A stretch of DNA of 64,000 nucleotides. Source: Tubiluchus corallicola (Eukaryota > Animalia > Priapulida). Shown here one piece after another: positions 1-14,159 of the stretch. The stretch covers positions 1 to 64,000 of the forward strand of contig JAQGDQ010000694.1 in NCBI GenBank assembly GCA_030141605.1. Reading direction: 5' to 3'. The notes under the pieces were generated by a model. The model did not search any database, had not been told where the DNA came from, and saw only the letters and a program-made list of their open reading frames with translations. Within the stretch, counting starts at the first letter, position 1. The number at the start of each line of letters is the position of its first letter. Both the position numbers and the translations under genes were made by a program.

Positions 1-987
1 AATACTTTAATTTGTTTTAAGCAAATAAGTAGTGCTGCCATTGATTAAAGGAGCTAAACGGGGAACACTTACTGCAAAACAAAATTACTGTAATTAAAGC
101 GCTTTTAATTTTCTGTGCTGAATTTGATTGATTACAAGCTGGTCATGCATATGAAATTTCGCTATGGCACTTTGCGTCATACGTGGATTTGCGCCCATTT
201 TTAGCGCTATGCACAATCTCATACAGCACGAATATACCATAGTATTTTTACTGAATTTTAATGCAATTGTAAAATTATCTTAACAGACAAAATGCCCTGT
301 ACCTTAGATGGAATGAATCAATAGAAATATATACCAACATTTGATACATAACTCAATAGACTCAGTGAGAAGAAAAAACTAGATAACTTGAGTGCAGCCT
401 GAATCTTGTAAGCTTATAGTAATTGTGTCAGTTCTATGCAATAATGCAACGTAAGAACCCAAAATGCATTTTATCTTGTGATACATGATGTAGAATTACG
501 CTCATTTACTAAAAAACCACAAGCAACAAGTCTTACTCGCATCGCTAAAAACCTCGTAATCTGTTTCAAACAAACTTGTAAATACAGAGAAAAACACAAA
601 AACGTGTTGAATTTGAAGAGCATAACATTTAATGGCGGAAATAAGCACGACGCCATTCAACGTGTTCATGAAACGAGTAAAAGCAGTATACAGTGATTGA
701 AGAATTTTTATTTAAAAGCGCAATGTAGGTTTTATATTATTTTCGTATTTTCACAAAATATGTTTTTCTTGTCCATAAAGTACACTCGGTGCATTTTGGA
801 AACGCTACACTGACCCGTATAACTAAGCAGATAGATGACGGCTTGGTAGTTGGCAGGGATATGGTGCTGGGGTGCTAGCGAGTATTTTGTTATGGAAAAT
901 TTCATTCTCTCTGTAGACTGACCTAGTTACAAGGTATCTGATTGCGATTGAATATAAACTTAGAAGAAATTTCTTAGTGATCAGAAA

Positions 988-1013
988 ATTACTACTGCTG
1001 CTGTTGCTACTAC

Positions 1014-1047
<34 letters not shown>

Positions 1048-1155
1048 GCTGCTGCTACTGCTGCTACTGCTACTCCTGCTGTTGCTGTTGGTGCTGCTGC
1101 TGCTACTGCTGCTGCTGCTGCTGCTCCTCCTCCTCCTCCTCCTGCTCCTCCTGCA
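988..1155. repeat. (CTG/CTA/CTC)n trinucleotide microsatellite
   Basis: Read directly; gives rise to poly-L/S/A shadow ORFs. Confidence 0.95.
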
Positions 1156-4100
1156 ACTAAGCAATGAGTTGTTTTTGTCAACGGAATGTTTCTTTATCAT
1201 TTGCTATTTCAGAAGTGTGCAGTGCTCGAAATCTTTTATCTGAATTCTTTGTAAAAACCAACCATAATTTAAGTCATGAAAATGGTGAATTACAGGAAAA
1301 CATTCGCGAGCTTGAACCAATGTTTCTCCTGATCTTAATGTTGTCTTGATGATAATATGTCGTTAAAAAATCATTGTGAATCAACACATCCTATTGAACA
1401 ATGTCAAAGCGAATCATTAATTACCGAGTTTTCAAATGCGTATGAAATATTTGCATCTCACAAGATTTTACGCCATTATTTGCATGATGAAGTGTTTCAG
1501 GCAGAATGTGGCTCTGCAAAGGGCATATCACTTGCGATAAATAATTGTTCGTGATTTATTAAGTCTTTGCAGCGTTTCAGAAAGGTTAGGCTGATTTTGA
1601 AAGGTTACTTGCTCCTCAGTTTCACAATTTCTTGCATTGAATTTGGTTTCTTACGTTTCTTTACAAAGTACGTTTCAGTGTAGTGCAATAATTTGTTACT
1701 AGTGCACTTAGTAATTACTTTTACCAGGAGTTATCTAAAAAGGCCTGATTCAACTCACCTATTATTATTATACAGGATATCTCAGAACCCGTATAGATTA
1801 ATTTAACCTATATGGATTAATCAAATTTTCAAATTTCTTTATACCTGATCGACTAATGGCGTTCACCTAGTGGTAAATTCTTGTTCAGTAGTTCAGAATT
1901 TTCTTGAGTGTACATTTGACGTTCGACTCAAGAGAAAGTTGATAGCATCAGACTTGAAAGCCAAGTTAGTGAGGAATTTCTGAAACACTCTAAACTCGCC
2001 TGTCTAATTTAGACTGTACGTAAATTTATTAAGCTAAATTATAGAACTGAAATCCTCAGTTGAAAATGAGAATAAAAAACGTATGGGCGAAACCAGTAAA
2101 CAGCTTTGAGGAAACTGTTGTAAAAGGAACCAAAGAGAAGTAGCTGGGCACAATTACAATCCAGTTCTGTGATAAACAGCAAAACTACTTCATAGTTTTG
2201 AAACACACGAGAAAGACCCTATGATTATGAATAGTCTACAAACTGTTGTTGTCGTTGTCGTTGTCGTCGTTATTGTTGTAATAGTCACAATGGCGTTGTC
2301 GTTATATATGTGTGTATGCGTACGCGCGTGTGTGCGTGTGTGAAAGCATTTTTTGAGAGTTGTAACTAAAGATAATGCTGGCCAGGTAAGATAAATTTAT
2401 GCGTTGCTGAGAAACGAAATCCAACACCTCACGAGTTTCTCTTTAGAAGCTTTACCAGCCTTCAGCTTGATGTATGTGACAGGTGTCACAGACCCATTAG
2501 AAAGAGCGTTTCGTAAAAAGAGTTTGTGCAAGCCAGGCCAAATGAATTCTAGTAATGAGATACGGTTAAATTTATTTATTTTTCATTTTATATCAGTACA
2601 CCTCACTACATCAGTACAGTTAGTACAGTTAGTGCGATAATTATAAACATTATTTACAAACATGCACAATTTACCATGAAATTATTAGTAAGATTAATTT
2701 AACAAAACTAACTAAATACATATTAAAAGTTCCTTAACCATAAAATTGCAGGTTAAAAACATAACGAAAGACCGGGATACACTAGTTATTAGCTTGACAT
2801 ACTTTACTTTAGTTTTATACCTATAGCAAAGTTAACTATGTTGCTGCTTTGGTAGCTTAACAGGCATTGAGACAACGAAGGCGAAAGAACTGCTACTCCT
2901 TTAACATTGTTGCGAAAACTGTCGGTTATTTCCATGAATTCAGTCATATTAAATAAGCTTGTTATATGCTCATATTGTGGCAATACACTAATGCAAGAAA
3001 AGAGGATTCAAGACAAAAATGGAAAAGAGGTGTAGCTACGTACCTGCAAAGAGGCCACGGTTAATAAGCAACGTAATCATGGGTGACGAAAATTAATATT
3101 CCCAAGGTTGGCCTTTACAACAAAATATTTCCGTGTAAGTAGATAAAAATTCTACTTAATTTCGAGCGTGGTAATCCTGCAATTTTATGATTATTATTAG
3201 ACCTGCTCTTGGATCAGCTCTTGCAAGCAAACATTTAACTAATTGAAAATCACAATAGTAGCTGTTTTGTTGAACTGAAAGCTTGTTGTTTGAGGAAATG
3301 GCTCTTTTAATGAAACAAATTCGAGTAAATCATCGTGTGAGTACGAAGGCAAATAAGAAGCAAACAGACTGTTGCACTTTGCTATTTCTTAATTGACATG
3401 TAGACGAAATCAGGTGAGCAATGAAGCTAGCTTGTCATCTGTGCTTCACTTTTTATTGTTCCTTATTCGCGATTTCATTGATTTGAGAAACCAATTATAA
3501 AGGAAAGCTATCAAAACTTTCTCTGGGTCTACTAGCTAGCATTATCCTTGACAGTGTTGCTGGCTTTGCAAGTTACAAAGGTTTCAACAATTTCGTTCCT
3601 GGCGTAATGGGGCTTTTAATTACGCATTTTAATCTAGTCTTAACTTGTGCTCGTTTCTAACCACTCAGCAAAGTGACTAATAGAAAATGTAGCTCTTTCA
3701 CCTTACTGACGCTCTCCTTTTCTTAAAGAAATTTAAAAAACATTTTCATTCTCTCAATGTAAAGAATAAAGTTAATTTAACAAAATAAGTCGTGTGTTCT
3801 ACAACGCTTGTAGGTATGGGTAACACACAACAGTACATCAAGGTAGGAGAAGGAATTTAGGTACGTATAATTCGATAAATATGTAGGTAGGTAGCACTTA
3901 GCAGAGTGGAACACGCGCATGTGAGTTTTTTTGCGAAATTGTTCACGTTGGAATACCAAGATAACTGAATGGGTTTAAAGTATGTATAGATAGATGGATA
4001 AATAGGAAAAGTTTGGCAGAATTAGTGAAATACGTCCGTACGAATTTTTTGTGAAATTGTTTGTATCGCAATTTTGCAAATTACGCGCACTTGCTTATCT

Positions 4101-4835
4101 GTTTACGTGTGCTTTATAGACACTTAAATAAAACCTGCTTGATAATCAATGAGCAGGTTGCAGATTTATTTGATAAAAAGATCTTTCAGGAAAGAAATAA
4201 ATTCCAAATTTAGTCTGATCTAAAAAATAGTGTTTCGTCATAAAGTATATAATGCAAGAGAAATTCAATTTCAAGCTTCCGTTTTTAATAATTGTTGAAT
4301 ATAAAATCTCCAAAGGTTACAAAAACGTGTACACTATTGCTAAAAAATTTGAAATGCTTCGCAAAGATCCACAAAAACTGGTTGAAAAACTAAGCTCAAT
4401 AAGCTGACAAGATGGTTTAAACAAGTACTGGAGCTACACTTACGTGTACCCTTTAGCCCACTGTAGTTTTTTTTTGTTGTTTAGAAGGTACCTGTTTTAT
4501 CATTGTGCGTTTATCAACTTGTAAATAATTTATATGTTTATCGTTTATTTATCTGTTTAATTTTCTGTTTGCTTGTTTGTTTTGTGTGTTTATTCGTTTA
4601 TTTGTTCGTTTATTCATCCGTCAGTCCAGTTTTGTTTATTCACTTTCGTTCCTCCTTTACCAAAAACACGTCAGGTTGCTTATTAGTTTATGAATTTTTA
4701 TTTGTTTGTTTGTATGTTTACTTGTTTGTTCTAATGGGTTACTGTTTATCCGTTACTTGTTTTTAGTTTGTTTGTAAAAGCATACATTCTTCTCGTTTTT
4801 CTTATTTATTTCGTTTCATCCGATTGTCATTTTAT

Positions 4836-4892
4836 CGCTGTTGTCGCTGCTTCTTCAGCTCCTGCTGTTCCTCCTCCTCCTCCCCCTGCTGC

Positions 4893-4933
<41 letters not shown>

Positions 4934-4940
4934 CTGCTCT
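4836..4940. repeat. (GCT/CCT)n microsatellite
   Basis: Read directly. Confidence 0.9.
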
Positions 4941-5510
4941 TATCGATGTTGTTGTATTCGCGATGTGAATGACGAATGACTAATAACAAGTAATTTGTTT
5001 GTTTCTCGAATCACGAATCACGAATCTCGAATTACGAACAACGAAAAACGAACAGATGATAAGCTAACTTATATAAGTTCCTAAAATACAAACATTATCG
5101 GCATAAATCAAAATTAATGATTAATGACCTTGTCTTATGACTAATGGTTGAGTCAAGTCATCCTCAAATTCTGTCCAGTTGAACTCTTTTGTCAAAGGTT
5201 ACGAAACGTGACGACCCTATTTGATTAACTTTGGCGCGTACACCTGCAATGCAGCAGCATTACTACATTTTTGGTATCTTCGAATTATTCAATCATTTTC
5301 AAATCAAATTAACCTAATTAGGCATAATCGTACAGAAGATTTTGTGCAATAATAAAAGTTATTGGCTTGTCAGCTACACACAATTCTGTGCTTAGGCCTT
5401 AGGTCTTTTTCACATAGCAGAACTAATTATGTTTCTACAGAAGTAGTGCTTCTGCTCTAATGAAAATCATTAACTTCTTCTCAAGGCTGATGTAAGTACG
5501 TATATAAGTG

Positions 5511-5629
<119 letters not shown>

Positions 5630-7199
5630 TTAGCATCTGCACATTTTAAGTGGATTGACATACGGTATAATAATTCAGCATCTGCGCATAGAGCAGATAA
5701 CATTGCTTCAACGTGCTTAACAAAACTTCGTGTCTTATTTTTCAGAAAACTAATTCAGAAATTTTGCCTGGCAAGCTACAGAGTAAACTATATATGTAAT
5801 CATTTATTTGATCACCGCTTAATTCAGCACTGTTACCACTGCAGCAGTCCTCTTTGTCGTCGTCGTCGTGATGATGATTTTTATTCTTGTTGTCACGACT
5901 ATCATCTCCATCACCTACGTGGATACAAATCCAATCGCTACATACTTGGAAATAAAAACATTCATAAATACAGGCCATGCTACGTCTGTGAGACAAATTC
6001 TATTCCTTATTGTATTCATTTGTAAGCTTTTATTTCTTAGGCGAACACTAATTTTATATCAGTCTTTGTTTATCCGAATATATATTTCATTGTTGAATCC
6101 ATGTCTAAAACGCATTATACTTTTATACCCCTGACGCGGAGACTTTGTCAAGGTGAAATCCATTCAGTTTTAGGTAGAATTATTATCTAAAATAGTCAGA
6201 TTTTTCTTGCTGAGCTTTTAAATCAATACAATAAAAGCTCAGCAAGAAAGCGTCGTTCTAGCTATCAAACGATTTTTAGTTGTCATCGCATCAGCGTCAG
6301 AGCTCCTTTGAGACTATTTAAGGTTTTATTGCAAAGCGTCAAGAACGATAACAGAACATTTAGAGTCAAAGAGAAAATGGTTTACAGCGATTAAGGTTTA
6401 ATAAATTTCACTAAGACGTTTAGGTATTTATACTACAAAGCTGACCAGGTGATTTCTCACCATCTCACTATCTCAGTCCATTGGTTCCTCGCCTTATTAA
6501 TCTCTCAACAAAAAGCATACCAAACTGCAATTCCTATATTGTGCAAACATCGACTGAAGTCTCAAACACCCTTAACAATAAACTTACCCATCTGAAAAAC
6601 ACATCACTAACATTGTGCATATTTGTTTCGTGGGCCGTCGAAGACTTGAATAGATGTTAGTCTAGTCCCGTAGAGATAATCTTAAAACCACTAAACTCAG
6701 CTAGTCCATCCAATCTGTTAAGTCTTTTGTAATTGTAGTATTGGATACAAGCATCATGATCATCATCATCATCATGCTAGCACTTCAACTTCATGGTTAA
6801 AAGGTAGATGAAACTGGCCAGTCAGATTTCAAGAAAATGAAAAAATGTTTATTTGTTCAAATTTTAAACTAGACTATTAATATAAATGCGGCTTATTATC
6901 AATTGTATCATTCCTGAAGCCAAACGTTGAAGTTTTTAGCTGGTCTACTTCGCAATACAGATAGATAATGACATGATTTATTTAAAAGTCGTCGATATTC
7001 ATATTTTCCATAATTTTTGCTCACAAACAAGACAAGAGAACATGAATAAGCAAAAATTGTATAAGCATTGTCGTTGCTGTATTGTTGTTGGGTGAAAGAC
7101 ATTATTTATGGACGGAACTAAAAGCGGGTCTAACATATCAAAAATATTCGTTAAACTTCTCTGCAAGACGGACACAGTCAACACCACATTCACTAGTAC

Positions 7200-7607
7200 C
7201 AGGGCCGAATTATCTTATAGGTTATTATAGGCTGCAGCCTAGGGCCCCTCAAGCTTGAGGGGGTTCAAATTTTTTTTTAATTTTAATATTTTTTTTGAAA
7301 AACGAGGACAATATTTTTACACTTTGCACTGCTCAATAATTCGTTTACCTTAAAATAAAATTTCAACTTTAAAAAGGAGGCCCTGGAATCAGAAAAGCCG
7401 GTTTTGAAAATGGTCTTTTATTCGAGGTAAAGGGCCTGTTTTTGAGGCATTTTATTTGAGATTAGGGACCTCTGGTTGAAGCCCATTATTTGAGATAAAG
7501 GGGCCCCGTTTGATAAAATACATAAAGAGTAAAAAATTCATGCTGGGTGGGGGCAAGTTAGAGGCTAATGATTTTATTGTGTCCCAAAAGGTCATAATCC
7601 GGCCCGG
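7200..7607. mobile_element. hAT-type MITE (degenerate)
   Basis: TIR CAGGGCCGAATTA...TAATCCGGCCCGG; flanks ACTAGTAC / ACTAACAC (6 of 8 match, decayed TSD); internal GGGCCC motifs. Confidence 0.65.
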
Positions 7608-8362
7608 ACTAACACTGTAGATTTGTTTTCTCTGGATTTCATTTTTCCTTTTAGAGGAAAACAAAACTTGGGACTTTTTGAGAAACTGTATGTAAGTTAA
7701 GTCAGCCATTAGATAATGAAGACGCGATACTTAACTTTCCAACATTAATGTTGCTAGTGACGTCAGCATGTAGAGTGAAGCGGCTGGCACTTGAATGGTT
7801 GTTATCTTACAATTACAGAATCACTCAAACATTCCATTAAATGGGATGTTAATATTGACAAATGCCTCTTTTACCTGTAGCCTTTTAGAATGAGTAATCT
7901 TCTTTTCTCCTGTGTTATTGCGAAATGACACACTTTCCATAGTCTGCACGCTTCGTAATTCACGTACAACACTCCCACGCATTAAGATAATCCGTATTGA
8001 TCGTAGTATTACCATCGTTTCATTATGACAAATACAAGATGTTGGTAATGACGTTTTCATCAATTATTAGGGGTGGTGACCTGTATAGCTTGCTCATTTA
8101 CAACCGAGTAAATCAACCGTTAAGTGTATAAATGTACAATAACGCGATTCAGAAGAGATTTATAATAAAATAACTGGTTGCCGCATCATTGTGTTTTAGG
8201 GTTAGACTACGTCATTAATCTCACGTAAAATTGATGTTACAATCTCTATAACAATGTCGGGGTATTTTTATCTTCTAATGTCCTTCGTATTTTTTGAAAA
8301 TACTTAATGCAAACCTTGTAATTCGCAAAGAAATACTTGTACTAGTATATAATATTTGTCTT

Positions 8363-8722
8363 ATAATAAATTGAATATCACAAATTTTAAAAAATATACA
8401 TCTGTACATGATTTACATTAGTGCGTATAACACTGTAAAAAAGACAATTACACACACAGTGATTTTAACATATACTATATACACATACCAAATCATTTAT
8501 GTTTATATTATATACATTCATCATGTGTGTACATTTTTGCATAATAAATTGATATCACAAATGTTAAAAAATATACATCTGTACATGATATTCATTAGTG
8601 CGTATAACACTGTAAAAAAGACAATTACACACACAGTGATTTTAACATATACTATATACACATACTAAATCATTTATATTTTTTATATTTATATTATATA
8701 CATTTATCACGTGTACATTTTT
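8363..8722. repeat. Tandem duplication, unit ~178 bp, two copies
   Basis: ATATACATCTGTACATGAT...CATTAGTGCGTATAACACTGTAAAAAAGACAATTACACACACAGTG occurs at ~8394 and ~8571. Confidence 0.9.
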
Positions 8723-8739
8723 GCATACATTATACAATA

Positions 8740-8880
8740 AGTTAAGGCATTCAAATCTGGTTAAGTTGCGTTCTTCTGATTTTATTTTAAAATTAGATGA
8801 AGTTGCTGTATCTTTAACTTCTTTCGATAGCGTAGTCCATAATGAAACAGCATGTTTTGATAAAAAATTATTTCCCAATT
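8740..8880 (-). mobile_element. Decayed CR1/L2-like C-terminal fragment
   Basis: FLSKHAVSLWTTLSKEVKDTATSSNFKIK resembles the WN.LP..V..A.S...FK motif. Confidence 0.45.
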
Positions 8881-11068
8881 TATTGTTAATTCTCCAGTAT
8901 GAGATGTGAAAGACTATAATATAAATGATTTTATAGTTTTGCTCCTCCTTTTCAGCTGTCTATCTTACCATTGTCAGAATACAGATGGTGCAAACGTGTC
9001 TATAAAATTTTCTATTTTTCTGATAAGAGGATACATTCATCATCAGCATTAGAGTATAAATTACTCGATTTTTTTTGTTGCGCTTACAGCCAGAATTATT
9101 AACTTGTCTGCTAATGTGATGTAAAATGATGACATGTAATAATAAGATTTTACTTTTCATCTGATGAGTGTAATGACAAATGAGTAAATGAATAAAGCTA
9201 AATAAAAACAATAAACAAGTCTGTTAAACTAGGGCTAGAAGTTGTTACTTTGGTTACAGATATTTTGGTAGGTGTGTGGCGTACGCGTTTACTTGCGACT
9301 CAGTTTATTTTTTTACTCACATAAAGTGTTTGCTCACTTTGCTATCTATATATTTATGAGCCAATTTGTTTTTTGGATTGCCCTAAATTTCATTCCCACT
9401 TAGCTTAATTTGAAAATAAGAAAATGGCTCAGTTTTACAACAGAAAATAAATAGATAAAGCAATTACAAAATAACGAACAACAACAAGGCTCAGAGAACC
9501 CTAATCAAAAGATTTGTCTCATAGCTCTAATTCTTCCAAGTAGGCGAACACAATGTACACCTGCCGTCTCTTATTAAAATGTGAATGAAAAACGTAGTCA
9601 ATAATGATTTACCAACCACACATTGTTTTCCATATTTCAGATTTCTTATGGTAGTTCAACTTCAGGAACAATACAATAGCTCTAGATTTTTGTACACCGC
9701 CTCCATAGTAAAAACATCATTTTCTCTATCACTCTGTTACGTGTTCAAATACGGGTAATAAAACCAACAACAATTTTTTTAATTAATTACTAACAAAACA
9801 ATTAATACTGAAATAACTATAACTATATAAAACTACTTCCACAGTTAAAATTAATTTTTGTACAGAATATTAAGGTATGAAAACAATACACGTGCCTGCC
9901 TATCAATCTGCACTGCACACTAATTATCCCTGTAGGCGGTCTTATTTATATAATTACATTACTGAAGGTTACATTGGAGAAATGCCGCTACGGTATACCG
10001 ATCTTTCCAGAAAATTCTACAGCATTACGTGTTCTCGATGTTACGATTTTCCTACACGCTACCCACAACAATATATGCGTGGGTGGATGACGGACAAAGT
10101 AACAATGTGGGGCTCGTAACAGTTCCCCCTGTCATCGTTATCATCATCATCAGAAGAAGAAGAAGAAGATAAGAAAAGATTAAAAAGATAAAGTAAGATA
10201 AACTTTACTGAATGCCGACTATCTTCATAAAATAACATGATCAGTTAAAGCTCGTTGTGTACAATAGTGATAGATATAAAATTGATGGAAGAAATAAATA
10301 AAAATACAAACGCACGTCTTCGTCATTTCGACAGCAAAAGCATGCTTTATCTACATCCACATCCATCCCATATATCTATCTTCAGCTTTGCAAAGAACCT
10401 CCAAATGTCAAAGCATCATTTTCCATATTGCTATTGCCATCATCATCGTCATCGTCGTCGACGTTTTCATATGTTTATCTAGCCCCAATTTTATTGCTTT
10501 TTCATTATTATGACTGGGAAAAGACTATCTAGAACCTGAAAACGGAAAAACAGAACATGCAAGGATGATTTGTTGTTCATTACTACTGTACCCCATACCA
10601 CTATGGCACTGGAGCCCCAATAAACATCTGTTGTTTTTAATTTGCTTTTACCTGTCCAGTTGCATTTTTATTGTAAATTAATTGAACATGTTTACGAAAA
10701 ACGAGTTAGCAAGTAAGTGCCTTAATATGCATCGAAAACATTTAATGTCAATCCAAACTAAGCTTTTACATACGACCTGCTTTCTTGAATTAATGCGACT
10801 GTCAAACGCATAATTGGATTTAATATGCGCAGAGAAAAATTACGTTGACAGCTGCGGAAATCGTGTAATGGTTGTGAAAATGTTGTGCATTTCAGTAGCA
10901 GGCAAAAAAGGAAATGAATGAAATAGAAAAGAGAAAGAAATGAAGAAAGGGAGGTATGGGGGAAAAGACGGCGAAAAAGAACCAAAAGGTCAAAGAAAGA
11001 AAGAAAATAAGAAAATAAGAGAACGCAATGTATAGAAAAGGGAGGGGCGAAGTAAGGAAAGAATGAGA

Positions 11069-11191
<123 letters not shown>

Positions 11192-11592
11192 CAGAGAAAG
11201 GGGAATGAGAGAGAGAGAAAGAACAAGAAAGAGCAAGAGAGAGGGAGAGAGGGAGAGAGAGGGTAGAGAAGAGAAAGAGAAAGAGAGGGAGAGAGAGCTC
11301 GCGAAGAGAAGGGTGAAATTTCATTTTCCATGACGGTATGACGGTTATTATCTCGCTGTTTCCGCTTGTTAGTTTCGTGACAGGATGCAGAGCACGAAGT
11401 ATCAGGAAAATGTAATGAATACAAATCTCTAATAAGATAACAAGTTCTGAAAACCGTAAAGCGTGAAAGATTGAGGCAGCAACATTTATAATGATTCATT
11501 ATTTGTTACGGCTTCAATTACTGCGGTTTGCTAAAATGCTCAAAAGTGTATTTACGAAATAAGAGCGGCAAATAAGAAGCAATTTCAATTTG

Positions 11593-11709
<117 letters not shown>

Positions 11710-12189
11710 TCTCTCTCTCTCTCCCTGTCTCTCTCTCTGTCTCGATGTGGTCATGTGGTCACGGTAGCTTACAGTTGTGACGAAATTTCGGCTCCTCGTT
11801 GTGTTCAATTTTTATAAGTGCAAAGTGGGATGTAGATTATAAAGCTGATACCATCTTGTGTGTCATTGTATGGTGGTTACGATGGTGTTAATGACGACCA
11901 CCTGTTTCCTGGTCAGGACTTTAGGCCTAACTTGTTACGGCCAATTGAACGAGCCATTAGTGTTTACAATGGCACCAACTTCTACACTATTATCATGTGC
12001 ATTATATAGACGTAAACATCCAGACGCTTGTTCACGGGTTGAATTTGGATATCTTATACTTTGTAAGAAATGTTGCACAGCAAGGACCTCAGACAGTGGT
12101 GGTACAGTTGTAACCGTACCCAGCAACACTTGCCAAGAAAATATCCGTGGGTCTATCGGTAACCTGATTGTGTCCGGTCAGAATAGACA

Positions 12190-13345
12190 ATGAAAAATAC
12201 GTTCTACTGCATAACGAGTTAAATTATTTTGCTCAGAATCAGCTGGAAGCAGGAGTCCCGTTTGCAGATCTAGCTACTGTTATACACGATTTCTACACAG
12301 AATAGCATTGCGATGAGGCCAAAGTGCAACTTATTAGTCTGATACCAACTGATGACGTTACAGAGAGTCCAGACAAAATTAGCCCGACTAGAAGAAAAGC
12401 TATGTGTAGCGACATTCTGGAACTGTTACAGTGGGGATCGATTACTAGTGCTGAACCTGCACCTAGATTTGTTGCCGTTTTTTCCCCAGAACATTCCTCC
12501 AATATCTCTGAAGTCTGTGGATACTTCTGTCATTCTTAAACAATTACAGACTGTGCAACAAGATTTGGCTGATTTAAAAGCTAACTTTGTGACTAAAGAA
12601 GATTTAAACGTCGTACTTGACAGACGTTTAGCCAGTGTAAGTGTGAATCAGAAAAGTTTCTCGTCTGTTGTTCAGTCAAATGTGGAAAATACTAGCAACC
12701 AATGTAGGCATCCATCAGCAAATGGAAACAAGCACTTTGGAGACAGTGACAAAACTACTGTGATTCATGATCACGGTAAAGATAATGAAGGTTTCACAGA
12801 AGTCAAGCGATCTAAAAACCGTAAGCGAAGATGCTGCAGCTCATAGTACAAAGCGCTTTATTACAGGTACTGCAACGGAATCAAGTGTTAAATCCTGCAA
12901 ACCACTGAGACGTTTGAGACGTTTGTTCGTTACACGTTTGGATCCCGATACAGAAACAAACGACATGGAGTATCTTACAAGAAGGCAGTGCGATGTCAGA
13001 GTTACAGTGGAGAGACTACAAACGAAATACAACACGTACTCTTCTTTTGTAATAAGCTGTTACGGGAATGAAGAAAAAGAACTTATAATGAACCCTTCGA
13101 CTTGGCCGACAGGAGTGCTAGTGAAGCCATATTACCCTCCTAGAGCTGCTTCCAACAAGGGTGAGAAATCAACGGCGAAGAATTCACGAAAGAAACCCGA
13201 TTCAACGGATCTACCTTCAAAACTGATAACGTTTTCAGGACAAGGTCGTATGCCTTTACTAGAGCCAGAAAAACTGCCGGCGTCTTGGGGATCGACGAGC
13301 TCAATATCATCTAGCGTGGACAAGAACTGTGACAATGGAGAATGA
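12190..13345 (+). pseudogene. LINE ORF1 (coiled coil + RRM-like), disrupted
   Basis: Pieces in three frames: in-frame TAG at 12303-12305, +1 shift in the T-run near 12480, +1 shift near 12829. The start position is approximate. Confidence 0.75.
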
Positions 13346-14159
13346 CCAGGGACTTAAAGAACTAAAAATAGTGAGTTACAATTGCAACTCAATAAGGCAT
13401 CCAGAATCTCAGTATGTAATTAATGAGCTCTGCAATACATATGATATAATTTTGTTGCAAGAAAACTTGTTACGCAAACAGGATCTTAGTTATTTAGTAA
13501 CTTTGCACCCATTATACTATGGGAGTGGTGTCACACCAACGGACTTGTCCAAAGGAATAATTGAGGGTAGGCCACAAGGGGGTTTGGCTGTTTTGTGGAA
13601 AAAATCTCTTCCTGGTGAACATAATGTGCTAGTCATTAACAATGAATATAGAATTATGGGATTCTCGATAAAATTACCAGGTGAACTTATGCCTCTGATT
13701 TTATACCATGTTTATTTTCCTTACGAAGCTGATGACAATATTGATGAACTTAGACTTTGCTTAGGCAAAGTTAATGCACTTGTAGAAGAAACAGTGTCAC
13801 GTTATGTCTCTTGTATTGGCGACTATAATGCTGACCCAAATAAACAATTCTTTCAAGAAGTGACTAGTACATGTTCCACTAATAGCTATTGTATTTCAGA
13901 TTTGTCACATTTTACTTTTGTAAGTGCAGCGCATAATACTTGTACATGGCTAGACCATATTATAAGTACAACTGCAATCGATGAGTTAATTAAGGATATT
14001 AATGCTAATTATGAGCTGACTGATTGCGATCATATGCGCGTTTATGTAATATGTAATGCTGAAGGTATGCCTTGTGAATCTGAGAATAGGGAGGCGCCGG
14101 AGATGAATTTTAAGAATGTACTGGAATCAAATGTGGAGTCTTCGAAACGAGCAAATTGA
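13329..14159 (+). CDS. LINE ORF2 N-terminal apurinic-like (EEP/APE) endonuclease, truncated
   Basis: Motifs IVSYNCNS, DIILLQE, GRPQGGLAVLW, GDYNAD, WLDHI and CDH are the canonical APE endonuclease motifs of non-LTR retrotransposons. Confidence 0.88.
   Translation: MTMENDQGLKELKIVSYNCNSIRHPESQYVINELCNTYDIILLQENLLRKQDLSYLVTLHPLYYGSGVTPTDLSKGIIEGRPQGGLAVLWKKSLPGEHNVLVINNEYRIMGFSIKLPGELMPLILYHVYFPYEADDNIDELRLCLGKVNALVEETVSRYVSCIGDYNADPNKQFFQEVTSTCSTNSYCISDLSHFTFVSAAHNTCTWLDHIISTTAIDELIKDINANYELTDCDHMRVYVICNAEGMPCESENREAPEMNFKNVLESNVESSKRAN

Noticed and set aside
823-1243. Poly-Ser/Leu/Ala ORFs
   Set aside because: Shadow ORFs of a trinucleotide microsatellite, with no splice or homology support.
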